In this document: positions 30,740 through 44,499 of the stretch, one piece after another
Layout: each line of letters opens with the position of its first letter
Numbering within the stretch: position 1 is the stretch's first letter
DNA from: the human T2T-CHM13v2.0 reference genome, Homo sapiens
Strand: one strand, 5' to 3'
Assembly (NCBI RefSeq): GCF_009914755.1
Contig: NC_060947.1
DNA length: 64,000 bases
Program-made: the position numbers and the translations under genes
The notes under the pieces: generated by a model
The model's input: only the letters and a program-made list of their open reading frames with translations
What the model was told of the DNA's origin: nothing
Database searches by the model: none

Positions 30740-31195
30740 TCATTTTTTGAAGTCTTCTAATCTATGTAAGTTCTAATGACAAAAAGATTGATCCCCTGTA
30801 CCCTTCACCAAATTTCACCAAAGGTTAACATTTAATATCATTAGCCTGCATGTGCTCACATACATTCATTCCCTCTCTCTCACTCTCTCTGTCTCTCTCC
30901 TCTCATTACAGATCAAGAGAGAGACAATGAATATTTAACCCAAAATACTATAGTATACATCACCTAGGAACAAAGACATCCTTTCATTCTTTAACAAAAT
31001 GATGCAAAATTTTTAAATTTAGACAATTTAACTCCACACACTATTATTATTTAAAGTAAACCAGGTATTTAATTATTGCCAATATTTTCTTTTATGGAAA
31101 ATTTTTATGATCAAATATCCAATCTAAAATCATGGATTGCATTTAGCTGTCATGTCTCTTTCATATATTTTAAACTGAAATAGTTTATCAATTTC
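30740..31195 (-). mobile_element. L1MC4/5-like 3' end fragment
   Basis: CCCCTGTACCCTTCACC..GTTAACATTT, CCTAGGAACAAAGACAT, TTGCATTTAGCTGTCATGTCTCTTT. Confidence 0.7.
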
Positions 31196-31243
31196 TGGCT
31201 GTCTATATTTACAGTGTTCAGCTATTTCTTTTTAATGAATTTG

Positions 31244-31726
31244 TTTAACTTTTAAGTTCAGGGGTACATGTGCAGGTTTGTTACATGGGTAAATTATGTG
31301 TCACATGGGTTGGTGTACAGATAATTTTGTCACCCAGGTGATAAGCATAGTACCCAATAGGTAGTTTTTCAATCCACACCCTTCTGCCATGCTCAACCCT
31401 CAAGTAATCCATGGTAACTGTTGTTCCCTTCTTTGTTTCCATATTTACTCAATGTTTAGCTCCCACTTACAAGTTAGAACATTTGGCATTTGGTTTTCTG
31501 TTACTGCATTACTTCACTTAGTATAATGACCTCCAGGTCCATCTATGTTGCTGCAAAGGACATGATCTTGTTCTTGTTATGGCTGTGTAGTATTCCATGA
31601 TGTATATGTATCACATTTTCTTCATCCAGTCTACTGTTGATGGACATTTAAGTTGAATCCATGTCTCTGTTATCATTAATAGTGCTGTGATAAACATATA
31701 TGTTGTGCATGTGTGTCTTTATGGTA
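31244..31726 (-). mobile_element. L1PA16-like 3' end
   Basis: GATAAGCATAGTACCCAATAGGTAGTTTTTCAA; 16-bp TSD CTTTTTAAT(G/A)AATTTG at 31228-31243 and 31727-31742. Confidence 0.9.
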
Positions 31727-32589
31727 CTTTTTAATAAATTTGAATATCTTATGTTTTAACATGGACATTTCAGATCTTCATAATAAGTGAGGCAGGGTTA
31801 CCATCATAATCTACATGAATTATATGCATAAATTAAGCTTAAATAGTTCACTTTTGAATTAACTTTCAGGCCAATGGAAACATTCAAGTTTGAGATCCAG
31901 TTATGAAAGAATTTCTGGATAAAGTGGAAAGATTTGAAGAAAAGAATGAGGGCATTTAAGATGTGGAGAGATTTGTCAGGGTATATGATTATGGCATAAG
32001 AATAAGGTAGTTAAAAGAACGGCCTAAGTGTGCTAGATTACTCCAAAGGAGTATGTAGCCTATGGTTATGATTTGCAAATAATATTTTTACATTTTAAAT
32101 CTAATAAGAGTATCTCTGCAGTTAATCTTGAGGAATCCTTAGCAAGAGAGTTCCTGATAACTGTGCCAATCAATTGAGATACAAAGACAATAGTAAGCAG
32201 CAAACTATGAACTGACTTTCACTTCTGATTATGCTGTAGTAACAAGGATCAGGCAACTTCCCAATATAAACAATTAGAAAACTGGAAAAAATATGTGAAA
32301 CAGCTGTTTTCATATATCTCAACTAACAGCATAGGCCTGGGATTCCTGTGAGAAGGTAAACAAACATGATAAGCCCCACAGGAGGTCCAGCTTTCAACCT
32401 GGAGACAATTTCCACAATGAGGGGATAATGGAGAATCTAAGCAGAGCTGATGGCCTTGCTAAGTTGGAGAGATAGAGACCAGGGTCAAAAGATACTAAGG
32501 ATGCAGGAGTATGTGATCCCAGGGATGTTCTGTGGAGGTAGTATAGTTGAACTATTCCTAGAATAAAGGCTGACCTAGAACTCCCTTAG

Positions 32590-33042
32590 TGTGAAGTGGG
32601 ATCCCCATGCACTGGTTATCAATCTACTTGCACAAGTGTGGTAACAAAAAACACTCACTCAACAAGTTAAGCAAAGCAATTTTGTTATTCACCAATAGGC
32701 AGCGAGGGACAATAAGAGCTTAAAGTTCAAGGTGAACCAGTCTGCCAAAGCTCAGAAAAGCTGTTCAGGGCAGGTGTAGTCTCATCTGTGCATGCCCCAG
32801 GTGAAATCATTCTTCTCTGGGTTTTATATCTCAGGGGAGGGGTGACTTGGATCACTAGGCTAAAGTGTTTCAGGACATTCTGTCCTAGAAGGGATGGCAA
32901 CAGAGCCCAGGCTTTTCTGAACAGTTTCTCCTTGTCTCAGAATGTTGTATTCCCAGTACATTCTACAGTTATTTTAAGAACTGCAACTGAGAAACAGGGG
33001 AAGAGCTGGATTAGTCAAGGTTATCTGGGCACCTGTCCTGCA
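32590..33042 (-). mobile_element. Solo LTR, ERVL-class (MER74/LTR53/LTR62-like group)
   Basis: TG...CA termini; flanking direct repeat CCTTAG at 32584-32589 and 33043-33048; minus-strand AATAACTGTAGAATGTACTGGGAATACAACAT motif and TATAAAA box. Confidence 0.75.
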
Positions 33043-33579
33043 CCTTAGAAAACATTAAAAATGGTGGATCAAATCAATCTGCAAGTAACTTGTTTTGGCT
33101 ACATTAAAATTCAACACCTTTCAAGGAAGATGACAAAATTCAGACAACCAACAATGTAACATTCACAATGTCCAGTATCTCAGTAAAAAAATAAACAGAT
33201 ATGTCAGTAAGTAAAATATCATGACCCATAGAATGAAGTTGTCAATTTTCCCCAAATTGATCTGTAGATTTAATGCAGTTTAAATCAAAATCCTCACAGA
33301 ATTTCTGGAGATGTCGATAAGTTTACTCTGAAATTTATTTGGAAAGGCTAAAGAGCAAGAAATTTTGTTCAAAAAAGAATAAAGTTAGATGATTCACTTT
33401 ACCTGATCTTAAGATTTTCAAAAATAAACTACAGTAATTAAGACAGAGTGGTAGTGGCAAAGAATAAACATACTGATCAGTGGAACTAAAAAGAGTACAG
33501 AAATAGACTCACACAAATATGGTCAATTGATTTTTTATAAAAGTGCAGAAGCAATGCAATGAAGAAGGAATAGTCTTTT

Positions 33580-34562
33580 TAAATTATTTATGTATTTTAT
33601 TTAACAAATACAAATTTTATATACTCAGAGTGTACAACATGATGTCTGATACAGATACACACACACATGCACACACATTGTGAAATGGCTAAATTAGGCT
33701 TATTACCACAAACATTAGCTCACATATTCATGTTGTGTGAGTGTGTGGTGTGAACATTTAAAATCTACCCTCTCACAACTTTCAGTATATAATACATTGT
33801 TATTGACTATAGCCACCATGTTGTACAATAGATCTTGAACTTATTCTTCTTGACTAAATAAAAGATTTTATCTTTGACCTGTGTCTCTCCAATCCCTCCT
33901 TCCACAGCCCCTGTTAACCACCATTGTACCTTGCTTCTATGAATTCAACATTTTAGTTTTCTTATATATATTGTAAGATCACATAACATTTGTCTTTCCA
34001 CGCCTGGTTCATTTCTCTTTTGTTCTGCATTTTCTTTTTTGAGAGGGCCACCACTCCCCGCCAGTTCATTTCATTTAACATAATGTTCTCCAGGTTCATC
34101 CAGTCACAAATGACAGAATTTTTTTTTATTAAGGCTAAATAGTATTCCTTTGTGTACATATACTACATTTTCTTTATCCATTCATCTACTTATGAGCACA
34201 TAGCTTATTTCCATATCTTGGCTATTGTGAACAATGCTGCAATAAACACGAGGATGCAGATATATATATATTTTTTAGAGATACTGCTTTTATTTCCATT
34301 GGATATATACCAAGAAATAAGATTGTTGAATCATATAGTAGTTCTATTTTTAATATTTTGAGAAGGCTCCACATTGTTTTTCATAATGGTTGTACTAATT
34401 TACATTCCTACCAACAGTGTATAAGAGTTTTCTTTTCTCCACATCGTTGCCAAGACTTTTCTTTCTCTTTTTGAACACAGTCATTGTAACAGGTGTGAGG
34501 TGATTTCTCATTACAGTATTAATTTTTATTTCCCTGATGATTACTGATTTTGAGTGCTTTAT
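33580..34562 (-). mobile_element. L1MA6-8-like 3' fragment
   Basis: GTACAACATGATG..CACATTGTGAAATGGCTAAAT..TTGTACAATAGATCTTGAACTTATT; host sequence duplicated as GGAATAGTCTTTTTA/GGATAGTGTTTTAA. Confidence 0.85.
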
Positions 34563-34655
34563 TGTAGAGAGAGGATAGTGTTTTAACAAATGGTGTTGAA
34601 ACAATTTGGCATCCATGTGCAAAATAATAATAATAATAGTCTCATTATGGACATC

Positions 34656-35040
34656 TGTTATGGTTTGAATGTATATCCCAAAGTATAAGTGTTGGAAACC
34701 TAATGCATAATGCAAGAGTATTGGGAGGTGGGGCCTAATAAGAGATTATTAGGTTATGAGGGCTCTACTCTCATGAATAGATTATTAATGGGAGTGGCTT
34801 ATCAAAAGAGTGGGCTTATTATAAATGTGAGTTTAGTCTGCTCTTTCTCTCTTGCTCCAACCCTCTCTTTCTCTTCTGCTTTTCACCATGGGATGGGGTA
34901 GCATGAAGGCCATTGTTAGATACCAGAGCCATGGTCTTGGACTTCCAGTCTCTAGAACTGTGAGCCAAATATACTTCTGTTTATTATAAATTATCTAATC
35001 AGAGGTACTTTGTTATAGCAACATAAGACAAACTAAGACA
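34656..35040 (+). mobile_element. MST (MSTC/MSTD-like) 5' LTR
   Basis: TGTTATGGTTTGAATG start; CTTTGTTATAGCAACA..AACTAAGACA end. Confidence 0.9.
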
Positions 35041-37962
35041 GAAAATCGGTAACACAAATTGGAGCTATTGATATTACAAATATATGAAAATGTGGAAGTG
35101 GCTTTGGAATTGAGTAATGGGTAGAGGCTGAAAGAACTTAGATGAGCAGGTTAGGAAAAGCCTAGATTGCTATAAATAGAGTATTAAGGGCAATTCTGGT
35201 GAGGATTTAGAAGACGAGAGCTGTTGGGAAAGACTAAAACTTCTTAGAAATTGCTTAAGTGGTCATGATCAAAATGTTGGTGGAAATATGGACAATAAAA
35301 GGCCATTCTGATGAGGGCTCAGGCAGAAAAGAGATATATCTTATTGGAAACTGGACTAAATGTCATCCTCGTTATGAAGTGGCAAAGAATTTGGCTAATT
35401 ATATCTATGCCCTCAGGCTTTATGGAAGTTGAAATTTAGAAATAGTGAACTAGAATATTTGGCAGAAGAAATATCTAAGCAGCAAAGTGTTTAAGGTGCC
35501 GCATGGTTCTATGGCTGCTTACAGTAAAATGAGATAATAAATAAATAATTTAAAGATAGAAAGGGAAACAGAACAAAAATATTTTTAAAAATATCAGCCT
35601 GGCCACATAAAGAATTTAAAAAAGCTTGTTTCGGAGAGCAAACCAAGGATATGGTCACATGACCTTTGCTAAGAACATCAGTATGGATAGAAGGCATCAT
35701 CAGGACAATGAGAGAATGAAGATGACAGCATTTCAGAGATCTTCAAGGCTGCGCCTCCCATTACAGGCCCAGAGCTCTAAGAGGGGAGAATGGTTTTGCG
35801 GGGTGGGCCCAGGGCCCCCTCTATGGGTTGACTGCCCAGAGCCATCTTGGGTCTCTGCTCCCTGCATTGGGCACAGTGTTCCTCAGTTGCCCTAACCATG
35901 GCTCAAATGGGCCCAGCTGTGGCTCAATCCATCGCTCTAGAAGGTACAAGCTGCAAATTTTGGTGGCATCTGTGTGGTGCTACTCTGCAGGTGTGCTAAA
36001 TGCAAGAGCTATGGGGACATAATTTCCTCCACATAGATTTCAAAGGATGGCATGGATGGCCTGGGGACCCAGGCAGTGACTTATTGCATGGGTGGAGCCA
36101 CCACAGATAACCTCTAATAGACCAATGTCCACCAGAAATGTGGGGTCAGCGCTGCTACAGAGTTCTCACTAGGGCAATGCCTAGTGGAGCCATGGGAGTT
36201 GGGCCAAGACCCCAGAACTGCAGATTTACCATTGTGCAAAATGAGCTCGGGAGAGGTACAGGCATGAGACTCCAGCCTGTGAGAGCTTCCAGGTGAACGG
36301 AGCCCAGCAAAACCATGGAGGTAGAGCTGCCTGAAGCCTTGAGGGCCAAAACCACACTCCACTGTGTGCAGGACATGGGACATGGAGTCAAAGAAAATTA
36401 TTCTAGAGCTTTAAGACATAATGTTGTTTTCCCTGTTGGGTTGTGGATTTATTTGGGACCAGTTACCCCTTTCTTCTTGCATATTCATCCCTTTTGAAAT
36501 GGGAATGTCTATCCTGTGCTGTCCCACCACTGTACTTGGAAAAAATGTCACTTGTTAATTTTAAAGGCTCACAGCTGGAGAGGAATTTGTCTCAAGATAA
36601 ATTGCGCCTTGAGTCTCACCCATATCTAATTCAGATGATTCTCTTAACTTTGGACTTTTGAGATGATGTTAGAACTAGTTAAACTTTTGGGATTATTGAG
36701 ATAAAATGAATGTATAATCACTCACCAAATAATAATGCTGTGTTCAAGGACAGACAGCATATATGATGGTGGTCCCATATGATTATAATGAGCTGAAAAA
36801 TTCTTATTGCCTAGTGATGTCATAGCCATCATAAGATTATAGCACAATGTGTTGCTTATGTGTTTGTGGTGATGCCAGTATGGACAAATCTACTGTGCTG
36901 CCAGTCATCCAGAAGTGCAGCATATACAATTATGCACAGTACATATAATTGATAATGATAATAAATAACCATGTTACTGGTTTATGTATTATTTTTATTT
37001 TTATTTTAGAGCGTATTTCTTCTACTTATGAAAAAAAGTTTATTGTAAAAGAGCCTCAGGTAGCTCCTTCAGGAGGTATTCCAGAAAAAGGCATTGTTAT
37101 CACAGAAGATGAGAGCTCTGTGTATGCTACTGCCTCTGAGGACTTTCCAATAAGACAAGATGAGAAGGTGGAAGACAGTGATATTGATGATCCTGACCCT
37201 ATGTGGACTTAGGCTCATATGTGTGTTTGTGGGTTTTTTTTAACAAAAAAAAAAACAGTAAAAAGTAAAATAATTTAAACATATAAAAAAACTTATAGAG
37301 TAAGGATATAAAAAATATTTTTGTACCAATGTACAATAAGTTAGTGTTTTAAGCTAAGTGTTATGAAAAAGTCATAAAGTTAAAAAATTAAAGTTTGTAA
37401 AGTAAAAAAATTACAGTAAGCTAAGATTAATTGAAGAAATTATTTTATAAATGTAGTACAGTCTAAGTGTACAGTGTTTATAAAGTCTAGCATAGCATAC
37501 AGCAATGTTCTAGGCCTTCACATTCACTCATCCCTCAATCACTGACTCACACAGAGCAACACCCAGTCTTGCAAGCTCCATTCATGGTAAATATCCTAAA
37601 TGGGAGTACTATTTTGTATCATTTATATGATATTTCTATTGGAGCTTTTCTATGTTTAGATATGTTTAGAGACACAAATACACGCCATTGTGTTTCAGTT
37701 GCCTACACTATTCAGTACAATAAAATGATATACAGGTCTGTAGCCTAGGAGTACTAGGCTACATCATATATCCTAGGTGTGTGGTAAGCTATGCTACCTA
37801 GATTTGTGTAAGTACATTCTATAATTTTGTACAATGAGGAAATCACCTAATAACTCCTTTCTCAGGACATATTCCTGCTATTAAGTAATACACGACTGTA
37901 TTTTGCATTGTGAGAAAGACATGAATATGGGGGGTGCTGGGGTAGAATGTAATGGTTTAAAT
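35041..37962 (+). mobile_element. MST internal region with PPT and a stub of the 3' LTR (interrupted by Tigger3b)
   Basis: GAAAATCGGTA...GAAAATGTGGAAGTGGCTTTGGAATTG start; GGGGGTGCTGGGGTAGAA followed by TGTAATGGTTT at 37948. Confidence 0.85.
36715..37898 (+). mobile_element. Tigger3b (Golem/MER7) non-autonomous transposon
   Basis: GGTGGTCCCATATGATTATAATGAGCTGAAAAATT; end TTAAGTAATACACGACTG; TA TSDs at 36713-14 and 37899-900; acidic transposase tail EDSDIDDPDP in ORF 36949-37212. Confidence 0.9.
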
Positions 37963-38069
37963 TCTTCACTTTCAACAACAGATAGATCATCCAGATGAAA
38001 AATCAACAACAAGGATACAAAAAGTAAAAGGAAATACTGGCCAATAATTAACATAGATTAAAAATCTTC

Positions 38070-38380
<311 letters not shown>

Positions 38381-38597
38381 TTATCATACTGAGTTCAAGA
38401 GCATATTAAAAGAATTGTACAACTTGTTTAAATGGGATTTATGTGTGGAATGCAAAGATAGTTCAACCTGTGCAAATCAATAAATATGATACACCACATT
38501 AACAGAATGAAGGACAAAATATTATATACTCCTCTTAACATATACAGAGAAAAGCATTTTACAAAATTCAAAATCCTCTCATAAGAAAGAAAAACTC

Positions 38598-38917
<320 letters not shown>

Positions 38918-41900
38918 AAGAAAGAAAAACTCTCAACAATTAAATATGGAAGAAATGTGCCCCAACATAATAAAGACCACATAGGACAAGCCCACAGCCA
39001 CCATTATATTTAATGGTGAAAATCTGTAAGCTTTTCCTTTAAGATCAGAAAGAAGTCAAGAATGCCCACTCACACTACTTCTGTTCAACACAGTATTGAA
39101 AATCTTAGCTAAAACAATTGGGTAAGAAAAAGAAATAAAAGGCACTCTAATTGAAAAGAAAGATGTAATATTGTGTCTGTTTAAAAGTAACATTATATAA
39201 AAAATCAAAAACTTCCAGAAAAAACTATTAGAAGTAAAAATAAATTCAGTAAAGTTGCAGGATAAAAATCAACATATAAAAACACACTGCATTTCTAGAT
39301 ACTAACAATGAATTATCCAAAAATTTAAGAAAACAGTTATATTTACAATAGCATCAAAACTAATAAAATACTTGGAAATAAAATGTACTCTGAAATCTAG
39401 AAAACACTGATGAATGAAATTGAAGAAGAAACAAATAAATAGGAATATATCCCATGTTCTTGAATTAGAATAACCCATATCTTTAAAATATCAATACTAC
39501 CTAAAGCAATCTACAGATTCAATGCAATCCCTATCAAAACTCTAATGGCAGTTTTTACATAAATAGTAAAAACTATCCTAAAATTCGAATGTAACCACAA
39601 AAGACTCAGAATAGCTAAAGCTATGTACAGAAAGAACAAACCTGGAGGCATCATATTTCTTATTTCAGATTGTATTACAAAGCTACAGCAATCAAAAAGA
39701 TATGAAATAGGCAAAAGACAGACATACAGATGAATGGAACAGATTTGAGAGCCCAGAAGTAAACCCATGCATATAAGGTAAATTAACCTTTGACAAAGGT
39801 GCCAAGAATATTCAATGGAGAAAGAATTGTCTCTTCAAAAACTAGATAACCACATGCAAAACAATAAAATTGGATACTTTTCTTACACCATATATAAATA
39901 TAATTCAAAATGGATTGAAGATTTAAAATGCAGGACCTGAAATCATTAAGCACTTAGAAGAAAACAGGGAATAAACCCTTTGACATTGGTTCTTTTTAAT
40001 GATATTTTAGATGTGACACCAAAACTAAAAGCAACAAAAACAGAAGTGAACAAATGGGCCTAAAACAAATTTAAGGTTTCTGCATAGTAACAAAATAAAA
40101 ATTAACAAAAAAAAATTAACAAAAAAGCAACCTACAGAATGGGAGAAAATAGTTGCAAATCATATATCCAATAGGAGATTAGTCTTTAAAATATATTAAA
40201 AACTCATACAAATCAATATAAAAAATCAAACAACCCAATTAAAAAATGAGAAAAGGGATGAAATACACACTTTTTAGAAGAAGACATAAAAATGGCCAAT
40301 GGATATATGAAAAGATGCTTAACTTCTCTAATTATCATGAAAATACAATTCTAATTATCTGGAAAATACAATTCAAAACCAGAATGAGATGTCACCTCAT
40401 ATTTCCTAGAATGGCTATTATCAAAAGAATCAAAAGATAACAAGTGTTGATGAGGATGTGAAGAAAAAGGAATCTTTGTACAGAGTTGGCATGAATACGA
40501 ATTTGTACAGCCACTATGGAGGTTCCTCAAAAAGTTAAATGTAAGACTACCATATGATCCACGAATACCACTTCTGGGTATACATCCAAAGGAAAGGAAA
40601 TCCTCTCATGAAATCCTAATCCAATCTTGAAAATATATCTACACTACCACATTCATTGCAGCACTAATTCACAATAACCAATATGGAAACAACTCAAATG
40701 TCTGTTGATGGATGAAGGAATACAGAAAATTTTTTATATATTCATATTATATATATAAAAACATATTCTTTATCCATTCATCTATCAACGTATATTCCAT
40801 ATATAGTATATATATATTTTATATATGTGTATATATATTATATATACACATATATATGATGGAATATATTTCAGCCTAAAAAATTAGAATATCCTAACAT
40901 TTGCAACAACATGGATGAACCTGGGGGGTATTATGCTACGTGAAATAAGCAAGACACAGAAAGACAAACACTGTATGATATCACTTACATTTTGAATCTA
41001 AAATACTTGAACTCATAAAAACACAGAGTAAAACTGCAGTTACCAGGGGTTGGAGTACGAGGAAAACAGGAGATTTGGTCAAAGGGAACAAAGTTTGAGT
41101 TTTAAGATGCATAAGTTCTGGATATATAACGTACAACATAGTAACTAGAGTTAATAATAATGTATTGTAGACTTGAAATTTGCTGAGTTTAGATCTTAAG
41201 TGTTCTTGCCACACAAAGGAAAGGTAACTGTGTAAGGTAATGGATATGCTAATTACCTTGATTTTGGCAAACACCTCACAATGTATAAGTGTATCAATTC
41301 ATCACATTGTATATCTTAAATATATACAATTTTCATCTTTCAATCATACTTCAATAAAGCTTGGGGTTGGGGTGAGGGAAAAGAATAAGGAGAAAATAAA
41401 GGGAAACAAAGCAGTGGAAAAAGACAAAATGTAGATGACAGCCCAGTAAAAAGGAAATAGCCAGAAATCTGGGTGTTAAATTTAAAAAACAGATAAACTG
41501 CAAAGTAAAACATAAAATCACTATCAAAATTTTTGACACTTCATGAAATAATTGTCCTAAAAAATGTGGCACTTCCAATACCTGCAGTCCTGCCAAAGCT
41601 CAATACTTACTGCACAATTTTAAACCCATGGCAACCCTAAAAAACTGACGAGGGCTTGAGATAACACAAATTAAGAAACCAGCCGGGTAATCAAGAGATC
41701 AACACACAACTGTTAAACTCTGAGCTCACAACTTATTCTTAGAGCATCAAGGATATAAAAACAATTCACCAATAGCATTTACCTTCTGAAACCAGAAAAT
41801 CCACATATCTAATAAAAAAGCAGTGGTAAAAGAGATAATCAAAAAAATTTTTAGCTGGAAGGTTCCCTCCAGAAGAGCTTCAGTTTATGAAAGGAAAGAA

Positions 41901-43787
41901 GAAAAGAATGAGTTTTAACATTTTGCCTTTTATTTGAGTTCCCTTCCACTATCTCATTTTGTATTAAGAGAATTTAATTTTGAATGTAAAGACCCAAATC
42001 CTGAAAATAGATAACAAAGTTACAATTGGCCTTACAGAGGTGATTTTTCCCTTCACAAAATAATTCATAGGAGCATTTTTAAATTGTGCATTTAAGTGTT
42101 GGTTTACAGAACATTAACTCCATTGCAGAGAGGGTGAGAGCTAAAACGTAGCGCCACTGTTCTCTGAAGACCAACTCAATATGAGGATAAATAATTGTAG
42201 AAATAAAATGAAAATCAATAGAAAAAATAGAATTAAATTTATCAAGACGTGATTGCAAATGTCCATTCAAAGTCTTGAGAATGAAAGAATGAGGGAAGCT
42301 GCTATATGGCTAATCACTAACGGAAAATAGTAGGAAAAAGAGAAGAGAAAATAATGATAATGCAAGCTTTAGAAAAACTTTGGGGTGGCTACCAATATCT
42401 ATCAGCTCTTCATCTTCTTGCCTTGTATCATTTGTAACTGCACAAAAATATCTTACCCAGTGCTACAGACATTTTTATTAGGTATCTGAATTTCAGGCCA
42501 CAGGGAAATAATTCAGAAAAGTTTAAGTGAAAACACAAAATATAATTGGTCTGCACTAATGTATCAAATAGTTCTTGTTTCCAGGAGCTTTGGCCATTTG
42601 TTACAGCCCCAGCTACCAACAGAAAAAGCCATTCTGCATAATCTCTGATCTACTCTTTATGGGCAAAGCAAGGACACTCTTGGAGCCCATTTATGCGCAA
42701 CTCAGTGGATAATGAAAGCCCCATGGGCTTAACTTTGAACAAAGGGAGGTGGTTTCTGGAGAATAAATTATTTCCCTTTGCTTTCCTGGACCCACTGTCA
42801 AGTAGTTATTTATACAATCATATATGGTAGTTTTTTTAATACAGCCTCTCAGAAAATAGTCCCATGAACTCAAGCAATCAGTATCAACTTTCAAGTAGTG
42901 AACTTGATATATCAAGTAGTGCTTTCAATATCAAGTAGTGAACATTTTAATATTGCATTGTTGTAATATTAAAATGCCTCACTCACATTTTCTTTCACTC
43001 CATCTCCCTGAAATTGCATTTGCTAATAAAGAATTTGCCTCAGGTTATATTTTCTGAGGAATCTAACCAAAGACAGCCCTTAAAATCCTAACAGACTATT
43101 TTAATGCAATATTTATATATTCAGGAAGCACAAAAAATGGTGCAAAATAAGGAGAACATAAAAGTCTGGAGCAGGCTGACATTGAAGCCAACCCAGGACT
43201 CCCTTCTTCACTGATAGTTCTCTCTGGTGTCAAATGTCACAGAATTTGTTTCTTTTAATAAATAATGTTTAAATTTCTGACTTGTTTTATCCATTGAGTG
43301 AACTGATCCATAATTTACTCCCTAGCATGTAAAATAGCTCTTATTCAACTAAGCAACTGAAAAACTGTTATTAAATTGAACTATATGCAAAGCAATCCTT
43401 TCAAGTATTTTTTCTCATTATCCATTCCCTATTGCTAGGGACATTTGACCACACAAACCCCAATCATGCCTCATTCTTGCCTTGCTCTTAGTGACTTTGT
43501 CTCTATCTTAATAATTTTAGCAACCTCAGTCTGGGAATTGCCTTTTATTCATGAGTTCTTATAACATGAAATTCTTCATATTCCTGCACTTCATCCTAAG
43601 TCCCTGCTGCCAAAGTTTCCTGATACCTGCTTGGCTAGGGGAATCTATGAATATCAGCTGCTTTGAGATTCTTTGACACAATTCTTCACCCACTCTTCAG
43701 GATACCTCCATTACTTCATGTTAGAAATTGCTTATTAGTGTGTTCTGCTATTTTCTTATTGATATCATGTTCTATAAGAGTAGCTTC

Positions 43788-44280
43788 TATTATGAATGTC
43801 AACCTTGAATAATGAGATTCAGAAAATATGAGTAAGTATAAAATTTATTCAAGCACAAAGCTTGAGGATGGCCACTCAGGACTCCAAATGAATAGGGTCA
43901 GCATTTCCAAAGTGGAGAAGTAATGATTTCACTTATGTAGGCAGAGACAGAAAAGTTCCGGCAGGATTACAGTTACCATATAAGACAAGGCACCTAAGGT
44001 GCATATGCCATAGCAATTTGGTTGGTTACAGATTGCTACATTCCAAGATAGAATACTGTATTACTTTGTGAAAAGTGGTAGTGATCTGAGGGTGTCCTAT
44101 CTTTGGCACTGTTTGGTTGTAATTATTCACCAAAAAAAAAAAAAAAATCAGAGGCAGAAGAGGTTGCAGTTGCATGCATGTGACTCAGGTTGCATAGTTA
44201 CATTTCTTCGAGGCTCAGGATAATTTAAAGTTCCAACAACTTTACATTTAAATTTTGTAAGTTGAACCATTAAGTTCGCA
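43788..44280 (-). mobile_element. 3' LTR of a class I ERV (MER4/MER34-group-like)
   Basis: On the minus strand the LTR begins TG directly after the polypurine tract AAAAGGGGAGAA (44281-44292) and has AATAAA at 43844-43849. Confidence 0.8.
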
Positions 44281-44499
44281 TTCTCCCCTTTTCATCAAGA
44301 TCTTTTAAAGAAAGCTTCGCAGATACATACAAATGGTTTGGCTTCTTTTTTTTGCTCAGATTAGTCCTGCATTCCTAGGAAGGCTCATTCTTAAAGTTTC
44401 ATGTCCCATGGTAGGGAAAATTTGTCACATTATAAACTGATGGGGAATAGGCCAATTAAAATAACATGAGGGAAGTGATTTTGTGACCTGAGTCAGACT

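Larger units (their letters stand above)
32213..34640 (+). mobile_element. Old L1M element: 5' UTR joined to the ORF2 3' part (large internal deletion near 33235), interrupted by an LTR and an L1MA
   Basis: L1M 5'-end motif GACTTTCACTTCTG..AACAATTAGAAAACTGGA; ORF2 CCCAAATTGATCTGTAGATTTAATGCA; the element resumes at 34567 with GGATAGTGTTTTAACAAATGGTG. Confidence 0.65.

Noticed and set aside
41777-41819. Possible 26-nt minus-strand micro-exon (TTTTTTATTAG|...GAAG|GTAAAT)
   Set aside because: Splice-like motifs are frequent by chance, it is not frame-preserving, and no partner exons are identifiable.
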